Assembly (NCBI GenBank): GCA_963837175.1
Contig: CAWIMJ010000008.1
Location: 32,001-96,000 of the forward strand
Source of the DNA: an uncultured Nitrososphaeraceae archaeon
GTDB lineage: Archaea; Thermoproteota; Nitrososphaeria; Nitrososphaerales; Nitrososphaeraceae
Reading direction: 5' to 3'
Length of the DNA stretch: 64,000 bases
This document shows, in pieces, positions 36,669 to 47,713 of the stretch (positions are counted from its first letter, which is position 1; each line of letters starts with the position of its first letter). The position numbers and the translations under genes are program-made. A model generated the notes under the pieces. The model saw nothing but the letters and a program-made list of their open reading frames with translations, searched no databases and had not been told where the DNA came from.

Positions 36669-36881
36669 ATGGTAAAGTGCAAATACTGTAACGAAGAAGA
36701 ATTATATTTTGACAAAAATGAAAATGGCAAATTTGTGCCAATGGATGTAAATACAAGGGAACCCCATAACTGTATTGAAAGACAACAACACTTACCGTCG
36801 TATTATGAGGATAAAGATGATAATAGTTTTTCTACTACTACAGGTGTTTCAAGCGGCAGAATGGTGGCAGTAGTCCCTTAA
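36669..36881 (+). CDS. Small zinc-ribbon protein
   Basis: CKYC...GKFVPMD..T.EPHNC (CxxC...HxC). Confidence 0.7.
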   Translation: MVKCKYCNEEELYFDKNENGKFVPMDVNTREPHNCIERQQHLPSYYEDKDDNSFSTTTGVSSGRMVAVVP

Positions 36882-37264
36882 AGGAGTGTCTTGGCCAATA
36901 TAGCAGCAACTCCCTAAAATGGCAATATCAGCAACTTCTTTTATTTACTTTGTTGATTTTCTATTAAAATTAAAATTTTGTCTATATGATGATCCTAGTT
37001 TCGCAGTAATGAATTCAAATGCTACTAATGATTTGTCTTATGCTATTCGAACTATGTATATATCTACTCCAGCCAGAGTCATATTATTACACTTCTTCCT
37101 CTGATAGTAGTTCGTCTTAGTTATTTATACCAGTAACTACTACAACTATCACAACCCAAGTGTAGGCATACTAGATTCATCTTGAAATGGAACAACTACC
37201 ACTAATACAAAATAAGAGGAAGCAGATTCATGAATTATTCTATTTAGATCCTACGTTAGAGATA

Positions 37265-38176
37265 CTACTTACTAGCCGTTGCATTAGGACTTCCTGTTGG
37301 ACTCCCTGTTTGAAGCATCTCCTCTTGCTCTAACTGATCTTCTATCTCTGTCGCTAGTCTGTGAATAGTTTGGGCGTTGTATCCTTTTGCAAGTTCTTGG
37401 TTCACATGGAGTACACCACTATTTATCGTCTCATATGGACTTCCAACTCTAGCTGGTAACCCATCTGCTTGTGCTTGTGTGGTTATAATGCTTCCGGGCG
37501 GTACAAATTTGTTATCAGGAATTCTAACACCATCCGTTATTGTACTTGATACTCCTATTGCAACTCTATTACCAACTTTTGCATTAAAGATTAGACTCTT
37601 CATCCCCACAAACGTATCATTTCCAACATATGCAGGCCCATGAACCTGTACGTCATGTGCTAAACTGACCTTATCTCCAATATATATAGCAAAACCATTT
37701 TTGAAGGCCGTATCATTTGCCTTCAAAAGAGATCCTTGCGCTGAATATCTTCTATCATCAATATTCTTACCATGAGCTGTTGTTTCAAGTGCATGCAAAC
37801 TTACGCCTTCCTGCAGATTAGAATAGTCTCCAATGTGAATAGGCGTGCCTTCGTCACCTCTGCAAACGGCAAATGATGCAACCAGTGCTAGCTTTCCTAT
37901 CCTACAGTCGCCATTCACTACTGCAAAAGGATCAACATATGCAGTTTTGGATATTTTTGGAGATGTCACATTTGGATTAAAATCAGTCTGAATGCTAGGA
38001 CGGATGTTTGTAGAGTTAGTTGCAGTAGTAGCGTTACTAGAATTATTTGTAATCTTCAATTGTTGTTGCTGCTGTAGACCAGCTGCTGATGTTTTCAGAA
38101 ATATTTGGTTAGAAGCCGATGCCATTATAATGGTTATCAAAAGGGCCGTCAGTATCAAACTATTATAAATTTTCAT
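37265..38176 (-). CDS. cam: Secreted gamma-class carbonic anhydrase (Cam-like)
   Basis: Hexapeptide repeats, RGDEG.PI, SNLQEGV.LH, SLAH.VQVHGP (three His ligands), signal peptide. Confidence 0.9.
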   Translation of the reverse strand: MKIYNSLILTALLITIIMASASNQIFLKTSAAGLQQQQQLKITNNSSNATTATNSTNIRPSIQTDFNPNVTSPKISKTAYVDPFAVVNGDCRIGKLALVASFAVCRGDEGTPIHIGDYSNLQEGVSLHALETTAHGKNIDDRRYSAQGSLLKANDTAFKNGFAIYIGDKVSLAHDVQVHGPAYVGNDTFVGMKSLIFNAKVGNRVAIGVSSTITDGVRIPDNKFVPPGSIITTQAQADGLPARVGSPYETINSGVLHVNQELAKGYNAQTIHRLATEIEDQLEQEEMLQTGSPTGSPNATASK

Positions 38177-38247
38177 ATATGCCCATCCTTTGAATTATCA
38201 TGTATATTAATATTATACTTCTCTACTAGCTTTACTCATCCTTTATG

Positions 38248-38546
38248 ATACAATACATTTGCATATGTTATCAACGGTGAAGCTCTTGTGGGAACCGCGG
38301 AAAAGCAAAGGATTGCAAAGACTGGACAGATTGTCGTCTTTGATAACGTTGGAGAAGGAGTAGCAATCACTGCTTCCTCTACTACTACTCCTAATGAATC
38401 CCACCCTCGATGTGCTTCCTAGAGGAGGAATTCCATTGAACGAACCAGTAGCAAGATACGGTCCATTTATCATGAATACTAAAGAAGAGATTCTTCAAGC
38501 AATAGAAGATTATCGTAATGGCAAGATGGGGAAAATTAACTTCTAG
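38248..38546 (+). pseudogene. Pirin C-terminal remnant
   Basis: YNTFAYVING...[32 protein letters not shown]. Confidence 0.85.
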
Positions 38547-38815
38547 AATGCGTTCAATTCTCAGATTTGAGCCAATTTTTGTATGTGAGTATTGATATAT
38601 CTAATCCTTAATAGAGAATTAACGGTGAACCGGCTAAAGCGACAAGGTTGAATTAAGCCATTTCTTTTGTATAGTTAATAGTTAGGTTTACTCTACACTG
38701 GGCTTTGAAGAGCTAAATCTTTATTTTTAACTCACTTTTATTGATTCTTTATGAAAAGTGACAAGATCAATATAAGAGTTAGTAGACAAAATTCTCATAA
38801 TCTTGATAATGTGAT

Positions 38816-39142
38816 CTAAGTCCTCCCAAGATAGTAAATATTGATTGCTTGTTCTATTGTAGAAATAAAAATAATACCATCTCCAGGTTGACCAGTTCTA
38901 GCAGTTTCTATAATGGCGTGAATGATGTCATCTAATTGTGAATCTGGTGCAACAATTTCAAATTTTGCCCGTGGGATAAGATCATATGATACTGGCATAC
39001 CTCTCCATTGCAAATGCAGTTCTCTTTGCTTACTCCAACCTGATACTGTAGTAATTGTCATACCACCAACTCCCATATTCCTAAGACGTTCTTTCAACTT
39101 GCTCATTACTTCTGCCCTGACGATTGCCTCTATCTTCTTCAA
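38816..39142 (-). CDS. P-II nitrogen regulatory protein (GlnB/GlnK family)
   Basis: MKKIEAIVR, GGMTIT.V.G, TARTGQPGDGIIFIS; atypical C-terminus may be frameshifted. Confidence 0.9.
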   Translation of the reverse strand: MKKIEAIVRAEVMSKLKERLRNMGVGGMTITTVSGWSKQRELHLQWRGMPVSYDLIPRAKFEIVAPDSQLDDIIHAIIETARTGQPGDGIIFISTIEQAINIYYLGRT

Positions 39143-39443
39143 TATACAGCATCAAAGATTATATTATATTTCTTAAAATAGTTTTAATTAATCTAGCGTG
39201 TATATGCCTTAAATATAACATGCTTTTACCTGTCTTGCTCTAAATTCTCTAATAGCTTAGTAGATCAATCGAGCCAAAATATTGTTGAAAATTAGTATAT
39301 ATATTCATCTCTACTCTTATAAGAAGACAACATTATTTCAAAGCTATGTGGTAATAGTAGTGTATAACACTATTTTTACTAAGTGGATATTATATTATAT
39401 TCATTTATTAATCCATTTGAGAAATACAAGACAGAATCTTAAG

Positions 39444-39824
39444 ATGACAATCGATGTTCATAATCTGTGCAAACAAATAATAGAGTTAGATACGACTATT
39501 AGATTTGTAGGTATTCCTAATAAATTTGGCAAACAAATTGTAGTTGAGTATAGAAAAGGTTTAGTTCCGCTGCTGACAGATAGTGAATCAGAACTATATG
39601 CAATAGAATCGGTTATGAGGATGAATATTAGAAAAGATTTTGAATCAAAACTTGGCAAACCAATATACTCCTTTACATTGTATGAGAAAATAAAACGAAC
39701 AACAATATCATTAGATAATAAAGACTATCCTATTCTAATGATATCATTTGATACAGATGCAGAACATGAGTCCATAATTTTGAATAAAATAATACCTTTT
39801 ATAAAAAAAGAATTAGCTCAATAA
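39444..39824 (+). CDS. Thaumarchaeal roadblock-like protein (DUF6659-like)
   Basis: C..I..LD..IRFVGI.N..G......R.GL.PLL, LG...YS.T.YEKIKR; true start probably ATG 39444. Confidence 0.75.
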   Translation: MTIDVHNLCKQIIELDTTIRFVGIPNKFGKQIVVEYRKGLVPLLTDSESELYAIESVMRMNIRKDFESKLGKPIYSFTLYEKIKRTTISLDNKDYPILMISFDTDAEHESIILNKIIPFIKKELAQ

Positions 39825-39994
39825 TGAATATTGATTCCCTATTAAGGACATCAGCAACATAACCATCTGCTATGATACCCTTGAAGAATTCAGAACAGAA
39901 TTGACACTTAAATTGCGCCTGGGAATGATGTGGATAGTAAAAACTTGGTTTTCTTCTATTGTACATCATATTATAATCGATATTATTTACTTCA

Positions 39995-40165
39995 TATATT
40001 GGATAGAAAAGTCTATTACAAAAGCATAGCTTTTCTAGATAAATTAGATTATTACACGATACAAGGATAAATTCTCAAACCTACGTAAGCAGATAGATAT
40101 AGACACATGTCCTCGATTTGCTATTACTATCGCTACTACATTTTATTTCAAAGACTGCTGACATG
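39995..40165 (+). repeat. Third, orphan copy of the FUN14-upstream conserved element
   Basis: ATATTGGATAGAAAAGTCTATTACAAAAGCATAGCTTTT matches the reverse complement of 3835-3870 and 7753-7792; weaker similarity continues to about 40165. Confidence 0.7.
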
Positions 40166-40231
40166 GAGCAAGCAAAGCCTATTAATAATAATAATAATTA
40201 ATTGGCTTCTTTTATTCTTCGTCTTTTATTA

Positions 40232-41557
40232 TTATTGTCCTGCAACTTTAGCATTAATTAGCTTGTTGTTTTCAAATGTATTATTATTATTATTTGAATC
40301 TGGAGCAACATTTATGCCAAATTTTGTAGCATTGATTATTGTATTAGAGCTAAATGTATTATCATGTGCACCTGTATTGATAAGTATGCCATTTGATTTA
40401 GCATTTGTGATGGTATTATCATGAATTTTATTATTATGAGCTAGTGCCTTTAGATAAATTCCTTCTTCACTGTCTGAAACTGTGTTATTATATACTTGAT
40501 TGTTATTTGATGCTGATACAAATATGCCGTTGACTTCGTTATGTATATAGTTGTTTCTTGCTACTGAATTGTACATATTTCTACTAAACATTATACCTGA
40601 TTTTGCGTTATTGTATGCTTCATTACCTTCAAATGTAATGTTATAACAATCTAGCGAACAGATTATTCCCTCCTCTCCATTGTTATGAACCACATTATTG
40701 CGAATTATCATATCATGTGTCCCAGTATGAGGATCTAGTCCATAAGCAGTATTGTCATGAATGAGATTACCTTCAATAATCATTCCACCTACTCCATCTG
40801 AATAGAAACCAGTATAAAGATTGTGTATATGATTACCTTTCACCAGACTTCCAGGACCTCCATTATATCTAAGACCAGTACCGCCTTGACTATCAAAATA
40901 TCCAAGATATGCCAGTTCCGAATTGATGATATCTGTAGTGCCTGTTGCATCTTTTTCAACTAAAATATATGGTCTAGGTATCTTTCCCTTTGCATCAGTT
41001 TTGGCATAATCATTTGTTTGCATATTCCAGGAAGTTATCTTTACTGAATCAATCTTTAATCTACCATGGACATCTATTCCATTAGCAGTATCTCCATCGG
41101 CATTAATCTTAAGCCAGGTAGTATCTGTAGAATTGATATATAAAGTACCTGTATCCGTAACTACAATACCTGCATTTAATAACCATATTCCTCCATGATG
41201 ATCACCACTACCAGTAGGATTAGTTTCTTCTTTATGGATTACATTTGCATCTTTGATCTGATTATCAATATCAGTCAGACTTGTAGAATCACAAGTTATA
41301 GTTATTATCTTAGCATCTGAGTCATAGATAATACAAGCAGCCGAGTTTGTAGCAGCATTTTGCGGCGGTTGCTGTTGAGCATAAGAGAATGGCAATATTA
41401 ATGCTGATATTGACGGTACTATTACTATTATCGCTACAGCTATAATAACAAGCATAATAACAGATAATGATGACAATCCACCTGTCGATAATACTGTTAA
41501 TAGTCTTTTCTTAGACTTTCTATCATTTATCAATTTTAATACAGCTGTATAAGACAC
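40232..41557 (-). CDS. Exported right-handed parallel beta-helix protein (AlgG/NosD-like)
   Basis: SELAYLGY, YGLDPHTGTHDMII, repeated NxxxxN rungs, N-terminal TM segment. Confidence 0.85.
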   Translation of the reverse strand: MSYTAVLKLINDRKSKKRLLTVLSTGGLSSLSVIMLVIIAVAIIVIVPSISALILPFSYAQQQPPQNAATNSAACIIYDSDAKIITITCDSTSLTDIDNQIKDANVIHKEETNPTGSGDHHGGIWLLNAGIVVTDTGTLYINSTDTTWLKINADGDTANGIDVHGRLKIDSVKITSWNMQTNDYAKTDAKGKIPRPYILVEKDATGTTDIINSELAYLGYFDSQGGTGLRYNGGPGSLVKGNHIHNLYTGFYSDGVGGMIIEGNLIHDNTAYGLDPHTGTHDMIIRNNVVHNNGEEGIICSLDCYNITFEGNEAYNNAKSGIMFSRNMYNSVARNNYIHNEVNGIFVSASNNNQVYNNTVSDSEEGIYLKALAHNNKIHDNTITNAKSNGILINTGAHDNTFSSNTIINATKFGINVAPDSNNNNNTFENNKLINAKVAGQ

Positions 41558-41786
41558 ATTTTAATTAATGTTATCAGCAGCAGAGCAATTTATTTGAAGT
41601 TATATCAGTGACTAAATGTATTTGATTTAAATAAAGGAATTTCGAATAAATATGGTGTAGATAATATAATTACATGCATTTCAAAAGTGCTACATTTAGA
41701 TCACAACAAATTACTATATCCTCACACCAATACTTTATGAGTTATGTCCTAACACTAGCATCATTACATTGGAATCGCATTGTTAA

Positions 41787-44048
41787 TTAACTTTTTCTAA
41801 TTTGTTTTTTACTTACTGGAAGATTAAAACTAACAATAGCTCCTTTTCCATCTGAGTTATTTGTAGCCCATATCTTGCCACCATGCGCTTCAATTATGCT
41901 TTTAGATATATACAAACCTAAACCTGTTCCTCCTCTTTCCGAATTTGAAACAAACTTGCTAAATAGTCTAGGTAGCATTTTGACATCTATTCCTCTACCT
42001 GTATCTTTTACAGAGACAATGACAATCTTTTTGTCACGTTCTTCTTTTTCCTCAGCTGAAATAGTTATGCTACCTTCTTGGGTAAATTTTATCGCATTAT
42101 TTAAAATGTTGAATATGACCTGTGCTAGTCTTTCTTTGTCGGCATCTACAAAGACATCCTGATTATTATTACCTTCATATTCATTTACTTCTTCTTTTTT
42201 GTTAAATGAGATTGTTTCTGTTGATAACACTGCTGATAATTTTATTTTAGCATTCTTATTTTGGTCCTTTCTGATCTGATCTTCAAATTCTGTCATAGCA
42301 TTCAATATCATATGACTTAGATTGACTCTATTTTTCTTCAGAGTCAGAGTATGACTTTCGATTCTAGTTACATCCAATATATTTTCTACAAGGATCCGTA
42401 GTCTCTTTGCATTTCTATTGATAACATGCAGTTGCTCATCATATTGTTCTATATTTCCTTTCTGTGAGATAAGGACTTGAGATAAACTAAGTATTGGTTG
42501 TATTGGAGTTCTCAGTTCATGAGCCGCTATATTGATAAAGTCTTTCTGAGCAGTACTATAAGCTTGTAACTGTTCGTACAATTCCCCTTGCTTCCAAAGA
42601 CTATCAAATATGGATGCATAAGATAGAGCGATAGGTTTGCTATTGGAATATGCCGCTAATCCTGCTGCTTCATAATAATTCTCTTTTGTATCATCCCTTA
42701 GTTCTATGATCAGAGAATCTTTTCTGTCAGTCACTATGATGCCTATATGGGTCTCTAAACTTTTATCTATACTTCTAATATCAATCTGTGGTAATGATAA
42801 TTCTACTTCGCTTACTACCTGTATAATTTGTTGTCTGTCAGCGGGAATAAGTATCCTGACTTTTACGCCATTTTGAACTGCTTCTCTGAACAATTGCATA
42901 GCACCTATATGGACCTGGCGGCGAAATGCGTTAAGCGATGGGTATATTCTTAAAACTTCATATTTTGCTGCTTTTACTAAATTGTGTGCCAGTTCTACTG
43001 CTTTTCTTGGGCTTTCAATAATCTCTATTCTGGCAGGTTCGGTCCCTTGCTCAAGCTCACTTATTCTATCTGCAGCGTCAGTACCATTTCTCCATAATTC
43101 TTCAAAAATAGAAGAAAAATGCTTTAGGTATAGAGGCTCATTACTAATTAGAAGACTTTGGACTACTCTACCACCTTCCATCTTTTCTATTGTTACTGCA
43201 ATTTCTTTATCTGAAACACCAAAACTCATTGGTGGTAGATTTTTGACATGTTTGACTTCAATGTCATAATCTAAGTATATCTTGACTATATCTATAACTT
43301 TCTCATTGTCTATATTAGTAACACATCTTAGACCCTTATGCCCTCCTTTCTTTTGTTTATCTAATAGTTTTTTCTTTATGTCAAAGAAATACTTATGACT
43401 ATATTGCATTCCACCGGAAGTCAAGCAAGTAGCTAGTTCATTTGAGTTAGCAATAAGACGAGAAATTTCCTTTACAATTTCCTCTGAGTTATCCATTAGC
43501 CTAGTTTCATAATGTAATGTTGCTGCTGATGACGATGTTCCTTCTTCTATTTCTTTAATTCTTTGTTTTGCAGGTACTGCTCTATACCAGAAGCTATCAA
43601 ATACATATCTTTGGTGTTCCACTATTTCTTTGACATTGCTATAGATAATCTGCGATGCTGGTTTACCTTTCTCATGAAAAGTAGCAGGAGCAAGATAGGC
43701 TGATTCGCTTATGTAGAAGTTTCCTTTCATTCCCTCCAGATGACGAAGCTCATATACCATTGTTGTTAGCAGCTGTTTGCAATAAGAAATGTTATCTTTT
43801 GTAATTTCAGTAACATACCTGAGCTTCACACCTCTTTTTTTTGCATCAAGAAAGGCATTCTTCAGAGCTAAATAATCAATAGCTAACGATGGTCTTGTAT
43901 AGTCTACACAAGCATCAATTTTATTATTTGTCTGGGATAAAAATTGCAATACTATATTTATTACATTATCGATACCATAGACCACTACAGTTCTTTCCTT
44001 AGCGTTATTGATAGGAGAAAACGATGAGGGGGAGGAGGAAGTTACCAA
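41787..44048 (-). CDS. Sensor histidine kinase with tandem TrmB/PLD-like N-terminal domains
   Basis: AAHELRTP (H box), NILNNAIKF (N), DTGRG (G1), GTGLGL (G2). Confidence 0.93.
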   Translation of the reverse strand: MVTSSSPSSFSPINNAKERTVVVYGIDNVINIVLQFLSQTNNKIDACVDYTRPSLAIDYLALKNAFLDAKKRGVKLRYVTEITKDNISYCKQLLTTMVYELRHLEGMKGNFYISESAYLAPATFHEKGKPASQIIYSNVKEIVEHQRYVFDSFWYRAVPAKQRIKEIEEGTSSSAATLHYETRLMDNSEEIVKEISRLIANSNELATCLTSGGMQYSHKYFFDIKKKLLDKQKKGGHKGLRCVTNIDNEKVIDIVKIYLDYDIEVKHVKNLPPMSFGVSDKEIAVTIEKMEGGRVVQSLLISNEPLYLKHFSSIFEELWRNGTDAADRISELEQGTEPARIEIIESPRKAVELAHNLVKAAKYEVLRIYPSLNAFRRQVHIGAMQLFREAVQNGVKVRILIPADRQQIIQVVSEVELSLPQIDIRSIDKSLETHIGIIVTDRKDSLIIELRDDTKENYYEAAGLAAYSNSKPIALSYASIFDSLWKQGELYEQLQAYSTAQKDFINIAAHELRTPIQPILSLSQVLISQKGNIEQYDEQLHVINRNAKRLRILVENILDVTRIESHTLTLKKNRVNLSHMILNAMTEFEDQIRKDQNKNAKIKLSAVLSTETISFNKKEEVNEYEGNNNQDVFVDADKERLAQVIFNILNNAIKFTQEGSITISAEEKEERDKKIVIVSVKDTGRGIDVKMLPRLFSKFVSNSERGGTGLGLYISKSIIEAHGGKIWATNNSDGKGAIVSFNLPVSKKQIRKS

Positions 44049-44517
44049 GGGGCCTGTTCAACAATATTTATAATAGATTAGCTATATAAACAAAATAGTA
44101 AGTGATAGACAGCTTCTTTAGCTCTTTCCAATCAAATTTTTCAGAATACAAGTATGGATTTAATTGCCTGTTTTTGTCTTCCTATATCAATGAAAACTTG
44201 AAAAGAAATCTCTGCAATAATAGCAGAAACCACATTCTTGACATAAGGGTTTTAACAGCTAGGTAGAAATTCAGGATAGTATTTAAAACACCATATCCTC
44301 TTACATTTATTTTAAGAAATATTATAACTCCAATTTATTGTTAATCTAGTATAGAAAGCATAGGATAAGTCAATGTCAATGTAACATGATTTTTAGTTGA
44401 CTGTTGCTCTTGCATTTCTTAGGACTAATCATGTTTTGGAGAAGCATATGTATTCATTGAACAAGCTAACTCTGACCTATAGGCACTATAATCAAATTAA
44501 AGTATAATTACATCATA

Positions 44518-45737
44518 TAATACTCATTAACATAAGTTCGTTATGCTATCTATCTAAACAAATATTTGATTATATCTAAATTGAATCTTTAGTTCTGTAA
44601 TAACTACAAATAGTATCTTTCAAATTAGCAAATATTGGATAATAATAATAATAACTAGAAAGTAAATGATACTTATTACCTTGTCTTGTCTCCAACATTC
44701 TTCTTATGCATTAAATTCTGGAGATCCAATAGGAAAATATTCTAGTCTAATAGTATCCTTATTTGCATCAAGATATGCTTTTGTAACTTTGGAACAATGT
44801 GGTGTTTGCCCTATCATCAACAAACATTACAAATTTACCTAATCTATTCTTTACATGTTTTAGATAATCCACAAATATGCTACTGTCAAACTTTTTGTAC
44901 TGTCTAAATAGTTGTTTTTGCCTTCTATTGATAGACAACCAAAAAAAAGATAACTGTCTTGTTGCGTGAACCTGTAACTAACTACTGGTCTTTTGTCTTT
45001 AGAAATCCATTTCTTTCTTTTTCCTTATCAGATAATCATATATACGAATATGGATTCATTTTGTACAAGAACAGTACAATCATCATAATCCAGATTCTTT
45101 AGGATAGGTTTTACTCTTTTTTAAATTTCGTTTCGTTTTATCCTTTGTTGATGCTGTATTTACAAACCTTTTTTGTGGTACTTTTGGTTTGGTTTGGTTT
45201 GGTTTGAAACCCCACTTGTGTAATAAACGGTATATGTGTATTTATGATATCTTTCTTACTCTTGCTCCTCTTTTTTGTATATCAGATCCATTACCTGCCT
45301 GAAATCCCAACCAGTGTTACTATCTTCTAATTCTTTTCTTATTTTTTACCATTATTTCTTTTGATACTGATGGAGCTCTGGTGCTGCCACTTCTTTCCTT
45401 GTCTTTCAATCCTTCTTCTAGTCCATCTCTATCTATCAAATCTATGCAACCATTTGTAAGCCCATGTCCTAGTTTTATTTAGTTCAATTTCTGCTACACT
45501 TGATGCTTCCTTCTTATCATATCTAACATATTTTACAAGTAATATTCTTTCTTTTACAACAGCATCTGTTTCTTTTATGTAAGCAGAATTTAGTTGTTTA
45601 CGTGAAATCAATTACTACTACTATACTAACTAACAAAAGTTCGTTTACAGATTTTTCTTAATATGTAAGATTTACTATGTTTAAAAAATCCTTTAACTTA
45701 GTTTTAAAAGATATACGAAATTATGTTAGGCAGTATA
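44518..45737 (-). mobile_element. IS630-family element, heavily degraded
   Basis: L.SAY.KE.D.VKER.LLV...WAYKW HTH; WGF.PKVP; P.GSPE.N.E.WR.G DDE tail; ends TATACTGCCTAACATAATTTCG vs TAATACTCATTAACATAAGTTCG. Confidence 0.8.
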
Positions 45738-46225
45738 CTAGTGTTCTGAATTCTAATACTTTGCAGTAGAACAGTTGGAAACAGAACACAACATAGGTAA
45801 CAAGGTAATCAATGGCAACAGAATTGCTCAGAAGCGATAGTAGATTATTCTCCTGTAAATATATTGGGTAAAATAGTATAATAAGATATATCTAATTATC
45901 ACCATCAAAAGAATAACAAGGAACAAGTCTATTTGTTACTTTATATAATCTAGAATGTCAACAAAGTGACTCATCATTAGTTATTAGCATTATTGATTAT
46001 TGTATTTCTTTCTCTTACAAGCTCTTCATTTTCAATTGGCTTGGTTATAAACAAAGTTTATCAAATGGACAACATTCCTGTTTTCTAAAATTGTTATAAT
46101 ACATTTCGCTAGCAGTTATAAAAGAAAGCTTTTAGATATCTGTCTTTCTTTTTCAGGCTTTTGATATATTGCCACCTGATATATTTTATGATGAATGCAG
46201 ATTTATAGATTTTTTCTATATATTT

Positions 46226-47139
46226 AGAGCCTATTCCAAAATTATCCTCCTATAGACAATAATACAGCAGGCTAAACAAACCAGTGCAAGATAGTTATCT
46301 CATTTCTTTTCGTATCTTACTAATAACTTTCTGAACCTGTTATTATGCCATGAATTGATTCTTTCTACAACCCACCTCCTTGTTGGATATCTATCTTTAT
46401 CAATTCTTTTTCTTCACCTCTGTAAAGAATATGTGGGATGTATCTTCTTTTGCTAGATTCTCTTTCTATTTCTGGAAAGTCGCATCCTTTGTCACAACAC
46501 AGATTCTGTTTCTTTAACGGTCTATCAACTATCACATTATCCAGCGTATCTGTTACAGCAGCCTTCATTTCATGTGTATTTGCAGCAGTGATAACAACAG
46601 AGATAATGGAATAATACCTTTCTTGTCTGTCAACACATGACGCTTTGTTCCTCTTTTTCCTCTATCTATCAGTTGGATTTGGACCAGTCATATCCCCCTA
46701 AAGGTGCCTTTATAGACACACTGTCAAGTGACTGCCAAATCCAGCTAATACCTCTAAGATCATCATATACTTCCAACAGCATAACCCACAATTTCTGAAA
46801 TACTTTAGACACTCTCCATTCCTTAAGAAATCGTCTATGATGATACGTAGTAGAGCCAGAACCATACTCCTTCTTAGGAAGCATTTTCCACTGACATCCC
46901 GTTCTTAAAACTTAGAGAATATACCATCATCTAGTGACTTTTCTAAAAGAAAAGGAACAACTGGACGTCCTACAGTTTTATCTAGTTTTTCTGATGGAAG
47001 TATTATGTCTTGATCTCATCCCATAAATCATCTGGAATCTTTCTAATGGTGGGAAGATGTTTCTTTTTCCTATATGTCACATGTATAAGCAGATTATTAT
47101 CTTCAAGCTATATCTCTATCTATTTTTGGGATAGGCTCT
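46226..47139 (-). mobile_element. IS5-family element copy 1, degraded
   Basis: TIRs AGAGCCTATTCCAAAA / TTTTGGGATAGGCTCT; GCQWKMLP, DSVSIKAPLGG, DKG.D, WVVER, RFRKLLVRYEK. Confidence 0.9.
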
Positions 47140-47347
47140 CAGTTAGCTTACATGAATTTAGACATTTGTGATTGTATTAACAGATGATATGTTGGGTATC
47201 TGAGGAACTTGGTTTATCAGTATATGACGAGTTGTTTGTAAATCAGTAAAAGATATTAAAAGTTTAAACTCAGATAAATTAGGTATAAGATAGGTAATAC
47301 CAGACTTTCCATATCTCGCTATATGTGTGGAAAATTGCATGGAGAGT

Positions 47348-47432
47348 GGGGTCAAACTCTACCCCATGAAAGCATGGGTGAAACTCATACCCACATTGGG
47401 ATTCAAACTTTTACCCCGAGCGGGGTAAAAGT
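47348..47432. repeat. Array of alternating-orientation GGG(G)T-AAACT / TACCCC motifs
   Basis: GGGGTCAAACTCTACCCC, TGGGTGAAACTCATACCCA, GGGATTCAAACTTTTACCCCG-AG-CGGGGTAAAAGT. Confidence 0.75.
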
Positions 47433-47713
47433 GTTGAAATGACTAATTGTTATGATTTAATATGTTTTCATGGAATAAAGTTGGATATCTATGTCTTGAT
47501 GCAATTTATCAGATTTATACGAGATATCTAAAAGTCCTCGACTGTATAACAGTATGGTTTACCTTGTTGCTATATAGTTTATATGTTTAATGCCTTCTTT
47601 ATTGCTCTAATCAGCTTGACAATGGTAAGCAATATCAATATCTGTGTCCTCAGTATTCTAATTTTTGCATTGTGGTTCAGGCGTTAGCGATATCCTTTAA
47701 TCAAAGCTAACTA

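Noticed and set aside
9376-43269. Many ORF-track entries antisense to real genes (e.g. 9376, 10064, 11692, 14358, 26971, 28324, 34272, 37377, 38922, 41875, 42982)
   Set aside because: They overlap well-supported genes or pseudogenes on the opposite strand and show no motifs
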